This document shows, one piece after another, positions 25,567 through 34,475 of a DNA stretch of 37,932 nt. Below the pieces are notes generated by a model that saw only the letters and a program-made list of their open reading frames with translations, ran no database searches and was not told the origin of the DNA. The stretch covers positions 1 to 37,932 of IMG/VR virus record IMGVR_UViG_3300025888_000019, one strand, 5' to 3'. The position numbers were made by a program, and so were the translations under genes. The stretch is from a virus (taxonomy: Duplodnaviria > Caudoviricetes). Numbering within the stretch: the first letter of the stretch is position 1; every line of letters starts with the position of its first letter.

Positions 25567-26393
25567 TCGAACCCTGGTGGGCGAGCCAAGATGGGCGGGT
25601 TGTTCTGTATTGTGGAAAGTGCGAGGATGTACTGCCGACGTTCGAGCCGGGGTCAATCGCGCTCACGGTGACGAGTCCCCCTTACGACCAACTTCGTACG
25701 TATCAAGGGTTCGAGTGGGACTTCGAGGCGACGGCGCGGGAACTATTCCGCGTAACGTGCGAGGGCGGCTTGGTTGTGTGGAATGTCGGCGACTCGGTTG
25801 TCGATGGCTCCGAAACGCTCACGAGCTTTCGGCAGGCAATCTACTTCAAGGACGCATGCGGCTTCCGCGTTCACGATACGATGATATATGAGAAGGCGGG
25901 ATTTTCCATACCATCAACCGATCGCTACCAACAGGCTTTTGAGTACGTGTTTGTGCTGGCAAAAGGCAAACCCACGACGTTCAACCCGATAGTGGACAAG
26001 CGCAATATCCGGGCCGGCCTGCCGGGTAGCTTCGGTAAATGCACAAAACGGCAGCCGGACGGGAGCCAGAGTGAGCGCGCTCGCGCGCTCACTGCCGAGT
26101 TTGGTAAGCGGTTAAACGTGTGGCGGGGCAAAACAGCCGGGCAGGAGAATCCCTGTCAGTCCATAGAGCATCCTGCCACAATGCCCTACTGGTTAGCTCG
26201 CGATCACATTCGCTCGTGGAGCAATGAGGGTGACGTCATCCTAGACCCGATGGCGGGTAGTGGCACGACTTTGGAGGCCGCGATACGTTGCGGCAGGAAT
26301 GCGGTGGGAATCGAAATCTCACGCGAGTATGCAGATCAGATCGTTGAGCGAATGAAGAAACTACTCGCGCAACCTACACTGGAGATGATATGA
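25563..26393 (+). CDS. N4/N6 DNA methyltransferase, class beta (SPPY type)
   Basis: TSPPY, HPA, WSNEGDVILDPMAGSGTT. Confidence 0.93.
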   Translation: MIEPWWASQDGRVVLYCGKCEDVLPTFEPGSIALTVTSPPYDQLRTYQGFEWDFEATARELFRVTCEGGLVVWNVGDSVVDGSETLTSFRQAIYFKDACGFRVHDTMIYEKAGFSIPSTDRYQQAFEYVFVLAKGKPTTFNPIVDKRNIRAGLPGSFGKCTKRQPDGSQSERARALTAEFGKRLNVWRGKTAGQENPCQSIEHPATMPYWLARDHIRSWSNEGDVILDPMAGSGTTLEAAIRCGRNAVGIEISREYADQIVERMKKLLAQPTLEMI

Positions 26394-26773
26394 TCGAAAG
26401 CACTCGACCCGAATGGCTCGACGGCGACAGGCTCATCCACTGGCAGACCCAGGAGGACTTCTACGCCGATCTCGGCATCGACAACAACCGACCGGCGCCC
26501 GCGCAGGACTCCATCGTCCATAAATGCCAGGAATGCGGCAAGGCGATCGACGCGCCCAAGGGCCAGTTCCGAACTTACGCGAAATGCCGGGAGTGCAATG
26601 ACAAGACAACTGCCCGGATCGCAAAGCGAGCGGGACCCAGCACGACCTGCAAGCGATGTGGAAACCGCGAACGCGCATGGATCCGCGGGCGGTTCGCTGG
26701 TCTCTGCATCGACTGCGCCGACATCGATCGCAAAGCGTTCACCGCCGGCAACGACTCGCTTTTTAGGAAGTGA
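26390..26773 (+). CDS. Double zinc-finger hypothetical protein
   Basis: Four CxxC pairs. Confidence 0.65.
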   Translation: MIESTRPEWLDGDRLIHWQTQEDFYADLGIDNNRPAPAQDSIVHKCQECGKAIDAPKGQFRTYAKCRECNDKTTARIAKRAGPSTTCKRCGNRERAWIRGRFAGLCIDCADIDRKAFTAGNDSLFRK

Positions 26774-27021
26774 ACACAATGAACAAGCCATTTAATCCCT
26801 ACGCGCGCAAGCCGAAGTTCAAACAGCGGACCTCCGCAGCGAACTCGGCATCCCTTATCGCCGAGATCCGCAGGGCGTCTGGCCGGCCCGAAACACAGCC
26901 GACCAGCACTCCGCGGACAAAGCGACCGAAAGCCGCGCCCATCACCGGGCGCAAAGGCCGAGCCAACGCCGGGTTCGACGAAACTGCCAACTCGGCTATT
27001 GACAAGCGAATTGGCATATAG
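26770..27021 (+). CDS. Basic hypothetical protein
   Basis: GTGA overlap; 83 aa. Confidence 0.5.
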   Translation: MNTMNKPFNPYARKPKFKQRTSAANSASLIAEIRRASGRPETQPTSTPRTKRPKAAPITGRKGRANAGFDETANSAIDKRIGI

Positions 27022-27027
27022 TAGGAT
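26999..27027 (+). promoter_or_regulatory. Promoter for the primase gene
   Basis: TTGACA-17-TAGGAT. Confidence 0.65.
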
Positions 27028-27053
27028 AGCCGTGCGAGACTAGGAGTTCACCG

Positions 27054-27203
27054 ATGCAGGAAGCAATCTTCGATCAATACGCCACCATTCCCATCACCAA
27101 CGGCGACGGTATAGTGCCCACTCCACTGCTTGTACTCCTGGTCTCGCAATCAGGCTCGCTTGCTTGGGGTGGACACTATTGCGTTACTGGGGGTGCCCGA
27201 TGA
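27054..27203 (+). CDS. Putative leader peptide (49 aa) coupled to primase
   Basis: AGGAG RBS; stop overlaps the primase start (ATGA). Confidence 0.5.
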   Translation: MQEAIFDQYATIPITNGDGIVPTPLLVLLVSQSGSLAWGGHYCVTGGAR

Positions 27204-29689
27204 ATGAGGTCTATGCTGCAGCAAAAGCCTACATCGATGCCGGGCTCTCGGTTATCCCGATCGCGCTCGACGGCACGAAGCAACCGAAATCTTCGGTTTT
27301 GCCGCTCCAGAACGAGAGTTTGCCGCGCAGTGACAAGAACAGGCCCACGTGGAAACCGTTCGCAGAGCGTTTAGCGACCGACGACGAACTGCACAAATGG
27401 TTTGACTCGGGACAAGCGGCCATCGCCATAGTTGGCGGGTCTGTATCCGGCAACCTGGAGCGCATTGACTTCGATCAGCCCGGGATATACGACGAATGGC
27501 TCGCGCTTTGCATCGCCTGCCAGTGCAGCGAACTCGTGGACGACCTGGTCGGGGTCCGCACCCCACGCGATCCGTCGTGCTACCATCTCTACTACCGATG
27601 CGACGAGCCGGTCCAGACATCGCAGAAGCTCGCGCTCGTCGCCGATGGGGTCAACGAAGCCGGCAAGCCGAATATCAAGGGCGCCATCGAAACGCGAGGC
27701 GAGGCGGGCTACACGGTCGCGCCCGGTTCCCCGTTGTCTGTCCACGAGACCGGCGTCCCTTACGAGGTTGTCTTCGGCGATCTGCTGGCGATACCCACCA
27801 TCACGGCATACCAGCGCGAATGCCTGCTAGAATTGGGCAGATCATTCAATGAGGTCGCACCCGAGATCAAGCCGCCTGCCGCGGCGAAAGCCGCAACCGC
27901 AACCGGCAAACCCGGCGCGGACTACATTGCGCGCGGTCCGTGGCGCGAACTGCTTGAAACCGCCGGCTGGAAGATGGTATCGAGCCGCGGAGACGAAGAA
28001 TGCTGGAGGCGACCGGGCAAGACCGAGGGATTGTCTGCCACATACAACCACCTCGGCACCGGCATGTTCAAGGTCTTCACCTCCAGCGCCTACCCGTTCG
28101 AGATGGGCGGCAACTACTCGGCGTTCGGAATCTACACGATGCTCGAGCACGACGGCGACTACACCGCAGCTGCCCGAGCGCTCGCGAAACTCGGCTACGG
28201 CGAGCAACGGCAACGCGACCCCGCCGCGGTCTCCAATACCCCAGAAGGCGACGATGCTCCCATCCCAGACGCGGCCCCATCCGACCCCGACGTGCGCCGC
28301 GCGTTATCCGACATGGGCAACTCCGAGCGGCTCATAGACTCCTACGGAACAGAGATCCGCTACGTCGTCGATTGGAAACGCTGGATAATCTGGGACGGGG
28401 TCCGGTGGGCGACCGACTCCGACCTCCGAATCAACCGCTACGCTCGCGAGGTTGTCCGCAAGATCTATGCCGAGGCATCGGCCGCGCCCGAGGACATGCG
28501 TAAGGCAGTCGCAAAATGGGCTCTAGCGTCCGAATCCGAACGCGCCGTAGCAGCCATGGTGCACATGGCCCAATGCACAGTCGCCATCACCTCCGAGGCG
28601 CTCGACTCCGATCCCAACCTACTCTGCTGCCTAAACGGAGTTGTCGATCTCCAAAAGGGCGAACTGCTCAAGCCGATCCGCGAGAATCTCATCACCAAGC
28701 AGGTCCCTGTCCGATACGACGCCGAAGCACCCTGGCCGATTTGGGACGCATTTCTCGCCCGAACCCAGCCCGAAGATGACATGCGCGCCTACCTACAAGC
28801 CGCTGTTGGCTACTCGCTGACCGGCGATGTCTCCGAGCAATGCCTCTTCTTCCTCTATGGCGAAGGAAAGAACGGCAAAACAACTTTCATCGAAACGATC
28901 TCCCTGCTCGTCGGGGAATACTTCACCAAAACCGGCTCGGACTCGCTCATGATCAAGCGATATGGCGGGAACACCGGTCACGAAGTCGCAGCCCTAAAAT
29001 CCGCAAGACTCGTCACCGTCTCCGAAATATCCGATGGCCAGCAACTCGACGAGGGGCTCGTCAAGGATATGACCGGCGGCGACACGATGACCGCCCGACA
29101 CCTCTACGGAGACCCGTTCAACTTCAAGGCCGGATTCAAGCTCTGGCTCTACGGCAACGTCAAGCCCAAAATCAAAGGCAAGGAAGAAGGCATCTGGCGC
29201 CGAATCAAAATGATCCCGTTCAACGTCTGCATCCCGCCCGACCAAAGAGACGCGCACCTCGCAGACAAGCTCAAAGGAGAACTCTCCGGCATACTCAACT
29301 GGGCGATCGCCGGCTGCCTCGACTGGAGAGCAAACGGACTGCCCGAGCCCCAGCAAATGCTCGATGCCGTCAATAAATACCGGTCCGAACAAGACGCGCT
29401 CGCGGGATTCATCGCCGACACCTGCATCATCGACCGATCACCGTCCAGCCGAGTCACCAAAAAAGCACTCTGGGAGGCTTACCAACAATACATCGCTACC
29501 AGCGGAGAGCCCGGATACGAAAGCAATCGCGCGTTCTTCAAGGAAATCGATCGCATACCCGGAGCCGTCGGCGGCAGAGGCACAGGACACGTCGCCATCT
29601 GGACTGGCATCAGGCTAATTGACGCAGATACACCCCAAGACACGATGCTGCCGATCGACGCAGAAGACCAAGGCAACCCCTGGCCATAG
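27200..29689 (+). CDS. Primase-polymerase plus P4/D5-type SF3 helicase
   Basis: AEP IDFD, HLYY, IETRGEAGY; D5_N DMGNSERL, NGVVDL; Walker A GEGKNGKT, GIWRR. Confidence 0.93.
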   Translation: MNEVYAAAKAYIDAGLSVIPIALDGTKQPKSSVLPLQNESLPRSDKNRPTWKPFAERLATDDELHKWFDSGQAAIAIVGGSVSGNLERIDFDQPGIYDEWLALCIACQCSELVDDLVGVRTPRDPSCYHLYYRCDEPVQTSQKLALVADGVNEAGKPNIKGAIETRGEAGYTVAPGSPLSVHETGVPYEVVFGDLLAIPTITAYQRECLLELGRSFNEVAPEIKPPAAAKAATATGKPGADYIARGPWRELLETAGWKMVSSRGDEECWRRPGKTEGLSATYNHLGTGMFKVFTSSAYPFEMGGNYSAFGIYTMLEHDGDYTAAARALAKLGYGEQRQRDPAAVSNTPEGDDAPIPDAAPSDPDVRRALSDMGNSERLIDSYGTEIRYVVDWKRWIIWDGVRWATDSDLRINRYAREVVRKIYAEASAAPEDMRKAVAKWALASESERAVAAMVHMAQCTVAITSEALDSDPNLLCCLNGVVDLQKGELLKPIRENLITKQVPVRYDAEAPWPIWDAFLARTQPEDDMRAYLQAAVGYSLTGDVSEQCLFFLYGEGKNGKTTFIETISLLVGEYFTKTGSDSLMIKRYGGNTGHEVAALKSARLVTVSEISDGQQLDEGLVKDMTGGDTMTARHLYGDPFNFKAGFKLWLYGNVKPKIKGKEEGIWRRIKMIPFNVCIPPDQRDAHLADKLKGELSGILNWAIAGCLDWRANGLPEPQQMLDAVNKYRSEQDALAGFIADTCIIDRSPSSRVTKKALWEAYQQYIATSGEPGYESNRAFFKEIDRIPGAVGGRGTGHVAIWTGIRLIDADTPQDTMLPIDAEDQGNPWP

Positions 29690-29796
29690 GTGAACAACCT
29701 GTGACCGAGGCACCGCCCCGAAAGCACACCAATCCAGCCGAAACACCAGCTTTTTAGAAATCCAAGAAAGTGCCGAATGGCACAGAAAGAAATTAC

Positions 29797-29924
29797 GGTA
29801 ACTCGGTAACTCTGTTTTACTCTCAAAAGTTACCGGCGAACAGGATTTGCATGACTTTTGTACTAGTGTTCTCTCATGTAGTTACTTTACTGCAAAATGA
29901 GTAACTATGGTAACTCAGTAACTC
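29797..29924. repeat. GTAACT iteron cluster (candidate origin)
   Basis: (G/A)GTAACT at 29797, 29805, 29900, 29909, 29917; inverted AGTTAC at 29828, 29880; AT-rich. Confidence 0.7.
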
Positions 29925-30270
29925 CGTCATCAAAAGCGCGATATTAGACATAAAATGTGCAGGATAACCCCGGAAACACTGATCCACCCCGCAACCAACC
30001 ACACGTGCAAGACAACCCGCAACCAGACCGGTAAACCCCACAATACCCACACCACACACCAAATCACCAACCACAATAATATCCAAGCGAGACGCCAACC
30101 CGGAAATAACCCAGAATAAAGATGCCCACCAGGAAGGGTAGCCCACGTCAACTCGTGAACGGGCATGGGATGTGCCCCAGGCTGGTAGATGGGCACGGGC
30201 CCGGGGTTGATCACTCTCGATCCGTGTTTATGATCGGTGATAACAGGGATTATAGCGTATCACACAACTA

Positions 30271-30960
30271 GTGAACAACAGAGCCTGCTGGTACGCACGC
30301 ATGTGGCAAACCGGGTGTAACTACGTCTGGCAGGGCAGAGGAAGGGTGGCGTCGAATCTAATACGCTTTACCTGGCATTTGCATTACGGTTCTATCCCCC
30401 ACTCTTTCGCATTCCCCTTGTCCTTTGTCTGTTGTTACAAGACTGTTACACTACTGTTGTCTGGTTGTTACATCGGTCTGTTGGGCGCATTGCATTGCGT
30501 GTATGGGTATATAGTCGGTCGCCTATAGAGTGGGGGGGCGTATAGCTCTCTGGCTATATAGCGATCAGGCCCGGTTGTCGTCAACTGTCAGTGAACACTG
30601 GGGCATGCTCTGTCCACTACTGGTGAACGACAGGGTGATCGGGTCTTGTTCACTATCTCTGAACAACAGCGCTGGTGTGGTGTTCACTGCTTGTGAACGT
30701 GTTGTTGTCAACTGTTGGCGAACAGACGGGTGGCGCGTTCACGGCTAGTGAACAATGGGATGTGTATTGTTGTCCACAGGTAGTGAACAATGGGACGGTT
30801 GTGCACATATGCACATGTGCAATATGGCCTACAATGCGCCTGTGTGTTGATTATGGGCGTATGTATGCGTATATGACTCTGTATACCTCTTTTGTCTGAG
30901 ATGCGGGTTAACGGCGAATTCGTGCTTAGGATTGGGCGCAATGGGGGTATGTATGCGTAT
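30271..30960. repeat. Non-coding region with several short repeat families
   Basis: GTGAAC/GTTCAC cluster; TAGTGAACAATGGGA at 30746 and 30781; TGTTACA x3; GTATGTATGCGTAT x2. Confidence 0.7.
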
Positions 30961-30971
30961 GCGTTTGCAAT

Positions 30972-31038
30972 GGGGAATAATACCCCATACTATTTACGGA
31001 AAAGGTATTGACACGCTATAATGACGGCATGGTATACT
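30972..31038 (+). promoter_or_regulatory. Early promoter(s) with the palindromic site
   Basis: GGGGAATAATACCCC; TTTACG-18-TATAAT; TTGACA-19 with extended -10 TGGTATACT. Confidence 0.7.
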
Positions 31039-31088
31039 GCCGATAGTGAGATTAGAGATCGCCGGCAAATCCGGCAAGGAGTAGGATC

Positions 31089-31625
31089 ATGGAGCAGAGT
31101 ATAGACTACGGAATGGGACTGGCAAACGTTGACTCTAAGACTGGTATCAGGTATGGGGTCATCTCGCAGCACAGTGTATCAGGCGATGCGCTAAATGACA
31201 TGGATTACGATTATCCTTTGGGTTGCCCAGACTGCGGGAGTGATGCGCTAGTGGCGTCAAAGTCTACACGGTTTGACTTCTATTGCCAGTCTTGCAAGAC
31301 ATGGCACATGTCAGATTCTTGCTATGGGGATGAGGTAACCGGGTTCCACCTGGAGGACGGGGAATATACCCTGGTAGACTGTCTTGACTCTGACATCATG
31401 GTGATTCGTTCTCCATACTACACGTTCGCGCAGTACTGTTCCCCATGTGTCCCTGGGGCCGGGAATCTTGACAGTCCCATGCCAGACGGCGCCAAGGCGT
31501 ACTGCCTGGGGTTAGACTGGTTTGACGACTACTCGTCCTGTCCTTATACCATCTACCGGGTATCGGATGATTCCGTAGTCGGCGAAGTCACGGGCTCATC
31601 CGAGCAGGAAAGAGGGGGGATATAG
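31089..31625 (+). CDS. Acidic Cys-rich hypothetical early protein
   Basis: AAGGAG RBS; CPDC, CQSC, CSPCVPGAGNLD. Confidence 0.8.
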   Translation: MEQSIDYGMGLANVDSKTGIRYGVISQHSVSGDALNDMDYDYPLGCPDCGSDALVASKSTRFDFYCQSCKTWHMSDSCYGDEVTGFHLEDGEYTLVDCLDSDIMVIRSPYYTFAQYCSPCVPGAGNLDSPMPDGAKAYCLGLDWFDDYSSCPYTIYRVSDDSVVGEVTGSSEQERGGI

Positions 31626-31627
31626 CC

Positions 31628-31825
31628 ATGAGTCATTATGTAGGGGGACCGACAAACGAGAGATTGAAGAAGCGGATCACGGACGGTTATGGGATACGGT
31701 CGCTGGTAGCGTTTGACCGTGATACTCAGACGGTGCATCCTCATCACTCGTACACGTTTGCGACGATAAAGGAGCTGCGGACTACGCTTGCGCAGCTTGA
31801 GTATTATCCACTACGGAAGGCTTGA
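31628..31825 (+). CDS. Hypothetical protein
   Basis: RBS; 65 aa. Confidence 0.65.
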   Translation: MSHYVGGPTNERLKKRITDGYGIRSLVAFDRDTQTVHPHHSYTFATIKELRTTLAQLEYYPLRKA

Positions 31826-31903
31826 GCTTTTGCCTTCGCCGGTAGACTGCCAAATACCGGCATGGGCAAGTGCTTAGGCAGTACTTGAGAAGGAAGTGGA
31901 ATC

Positions 31904-32122
31904 ATGGAGCGAATTGACAAGGACCTATACGAAACAAAGGAAGTGCCGTTGTACTGCCATATACATGGCTTGATGCAGACTGCGTCGGGTTACGGCGGCA
32001 AGTTGGCCACCAGCACCATGCTGAAGTACGAAAACCGTTGGCATCGGGTTTATTGCATGTGCTATTCCAACAATGGCACGTGCTATATCCTCGTGCATGG
32101 GAAGATGGTCGTGGTCTGGTAG
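31904..32122 (+). CDS. Phage hypothetical protein
   Basis: TASGYGGK..RWHRVYC..YSN.GT.YI, a pattern I recall from other phage early proteins. Confidence 0.75.
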   Translation: MERIDKDLYETKEVPLYCHIHGLMQTASGYGGKLATSTMLKYENRWHRVYCMCYSNNGTCYILVHGKMVVVW

Positions 32123-32191
32123 TTAGGCGCTTAGTGGTTAGGCGCGCGGCCTTCTCGACTTCTTCTCGATTCATATGCTGGAGGGATTATC

Positions 32192-32413
32192 ATGGGGCGT
32201 GCTAAGATCGACATGGGGTTCCGGGTTACGACGACAATGGGGATGTACCCATTTATGGAGGACCTGGCGAAGGATGGTCCGGCGTTTTGTCCGGGGATGG
32301 TTGGTGAAGTGGTGGCTTTGCGTGAGAAGTACGTGGTGGTGGGATATATGGTTGACGGGTTGGCCTACCGGGTTGGCCTACAGCACAGCATGGTTAGACT
32401 TGCGCAAGTGTAG
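32192..32413 (+). CDS. Hypothetical protein (SH3-like)
   Basis: GGAGG RBS; 73 aa. Confidence 0.65.
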   Translation: MGRAKIDMGFRVTTTMGMYPFMEDLAKDGPAFCPGMVGEVVALREKYVVVGYMVDGLAYRVGLQHSMVRLAQV

Positions 32414-32487
32414 AGGCTTGACGGTTCCTGCCTTCGGGCAGGTTCCGTGAGGTCTCAACAAGAGGTCTCGGGAAGAAGGATAGAATC

Positions 32488-32604
32488 ATGAACGGTTTGG
32501 AATTGCGGAGAAGGATCAAGACGGCGCGCCGGCAAGGCGATAGCGCTGCAGTCCGGCAGTTGAGCCGGCAGTTGAGCCGGTTAGATCGGCGGGTATCGGC
32601 ATGA
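32488..32604 (+). CDS. Arg-rich 38-aa peptide
   Basis: MNGLELRRRIKTARRQGDSAAVRQLSRQLSRLDRRVSA*; AAGGA RBS; ATGA overlap; 12-bp tandem duplication. Confidence 0.55.
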   Translation: MNGLELRRRIKTARRQGDSAAVRQLSRQLSRLDRRVSA

Positions 32605-32801
32605 TCGAGTACGTTCTGTGGGCGCACAAGCCCGAAGACCCGGAAGGGCATGAGTCTTTGATCATGAAAGAAAACACAAGCCTAGCGAGTTTGGCGGCGG
32701 CGAAGGCATGGGCAATATCCGAAGGCTTTATTGGCCTTCGGGTCCAGACTTTTGACGGTTACGAAGTGCCAGACTTCATCGGTGCGATTGCGGGGCTTTG
32801 A
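32601..32801 (+). CDS. Hypothetical protein
   Basis: 66 aa coupled ORF. Confidence 0.7.
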   Translation: MIEYVLWAHKPEDPEGHESLIMKENTSLASLAAAKAWAISEGFIGLRVQTFDGYEVPDFIGAIAGL

Positions 32802-32892
32802 CATGGCTAGCGACATGTGTTTTCGGTTATCACTTCTCGTTGTCGTGGCGCTCATTGTAGTGCTACAGGATAGGTTAGGGAGGTAACGAATC

Positions 32893-34350
32893 ATGAAGCG
32901 CACTAAGGTTATGTTCCGCAAGGATTGGAATGGGGATGTGTACGCACTGTTTCCCGAGATCGCCGCTACTGTTGGCAATCCCGCGCATTGTCTATCCTAC
33001 CAACACATAGGACAGCATTGTGCGGCTGATTATCAGTTGTGCATCCGCGCAAGCAAACCGGCGAAGTCGGCCGAGTACGCCGAGCTATTCGCCGAATTGA
33101 CAACCATCGGCTACAGTTTGGAGGTTATCCAGCGCGCGACTGCGGGGATGTATCGGCAGCGCGAGGCTGAGGCAGTCGCGTTAGACGTGCCGGAGTTAGG
33201 CGCGAGCGTGGACGCAAAAACATTCCGCGATGCTGTCCACCAAGTTGGCGCGGCGGTGAGTTCCCGTAACTCTTTGCCGATACTTGGGCATGTCCTTATC
33301 GAGCCGGTCTGCGGCGGAATCAAGCTGACCGCCACTGACTTGGAGCTCGGCGCGAGCGTGACAATCCACGCGCTGACAGAGAACTTCGAGCCCTGCACTG
33401 TTCCGGCGCGGCTGCTGGCTGATGCGCTGAAGGGCGCGAGTGGCTGTGTGTCGATTCGCAATGAAGGTGACGACGTTAGGCTGACCATCGGCGGGTCCGA
33501 ACAAGTTTTGAAAGGCATCATGGCCGCTGAGTTCCCACAGTTAGCGGAGGTCGAAGTCAAAACCTGGGTGAAGTTCCCCGGCCTTGCCGGAATACTCAAG
33601 CGCCTCATGCCTGCCGTGTCGGATGACGAATACCGGCGGGCCATATTGACCGGCATCTTGATCGACGGCAAGAACATCGTTTCGACCGACACGAACCGGC
33701 TGTTCGTTTACGAGCACGGCATGGACTTGACCGACCTGCACACATGGCCGCAGGTTACGCCGGAAGTCGAAGCCGTTCCGGGCGGAAGGTCTGGCATCGT
33801 CATCCCCGGCACTACCTGCGACAAACTCATGCGGATGTTAGGCTGCAAGCCAGACGCTGAAGTCGAGATCGGCTGCTCAGACACGCAAGTGATTTTCAAG
33901 GTCGGCGATTCGGTTGTTAGGTCGCGGCTGATCGAGGGCATGTTCCCGAATTATGAGCGGGTTATCCCCGACGAAGCGGCGCTGACCGGCGCGATAGAAG
34001 TAATCCCCGGCGATATGGCAGAAGCGCTCAAGAAAGTCTGGCCGGTCGCTCGGGAGAATAGCGGCAGGGCGCTCTTCACGGTTGAGGAAAACGATCTGCT
34101 GAAGCTCTCTGCTTCTTCGAGCTCATGCGGAGAAGTGTCGGCAATGATAGACGGCTGTAGAATCACCGGGTTCCCCATCGGCTTTCAGTTCGCCATGTCC
34201 TGCAACTATCTGGCCGATGCAGTGGCAGTGTTCAAGAATAGCGAATTGGTGACACTATCGGGCTCGGGCGCGGTGAACCAGTTCACGGTGACTTCGCGGC
34301 AGGACCCGGACATGCTGGTAGTGGTCATGCCGATGCAGATCGGGTACTGA
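32893..34350 (+). CDS. dnaN: DNA polymerase III beta sliding clamp with extra N-terminal domain
   Basis: SSRNSLPILGHVL, LTATDLE, STDTNRL, SRLIEGMFPNYERVIP, VVMPM; GGAGGT RBS. Confidence 0.9.
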   Translation: MKRTKVMFRKDWNGDVYALFPEIAATVGNPAHCLSYQHIGQHCAADYQLCIRASKPAKSAEYAELFAELTTIGYSLEVIQRATAGMYRQREAEAVALDVPELGASVDAKTFRDAVHQVGAAVSSRNSLPILGHVLIEPVCGGIKLTATDLELGASVTIHALTENFEPCTVPARLLADALKGASGCVSIRNEGDDVRLTIGGSEQVLKGIMAAEFPQLAEVEVKTWVKFPGLAGILKRLMPAVSDDEYRRAILTGILIDGKNIVSTDTNRLFVYEHGMDLTDLHTWPQVTPEVEAVPGGRSGIVIPGTTCDKLMRMLGCKPDAEVEIGCSDTQVIFKVGDSVVRSRLIEGMFPNYERVIPDEAALTGAIEVIPGDMAEALKKVWPVARENSGRALFTVEENDLLKLSASSSSCGEVSAMIDGCRITGFPIGFQFAMSCNYLADAVAVFKNSELVTLSGSGAVNQFTVTSRQDPDMLVVVMPMQIGY

Positions 34351-34475
34351 GGTTAGACGTTAGGGGCTTGCCCGGAGGCTTATTTCGGGCGAGCCATGAT
34401 TATGTTAAGCAAACAACGCGCTGTAGCGAGATTCTGAGCGCGTGACAGCCGAAAGGCATAGCTAAGGAGGTCATC

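Noticed and set aside
29874-30941. ORFs predicted in the non-coding region
   Set aside because: Low-complexity products of skewed composition with no convincing RBS
30271-30960. CRISPR array or mini-array
   Set aside because: Repeats are short, irregularly spaced and in both orientations; no cas genes
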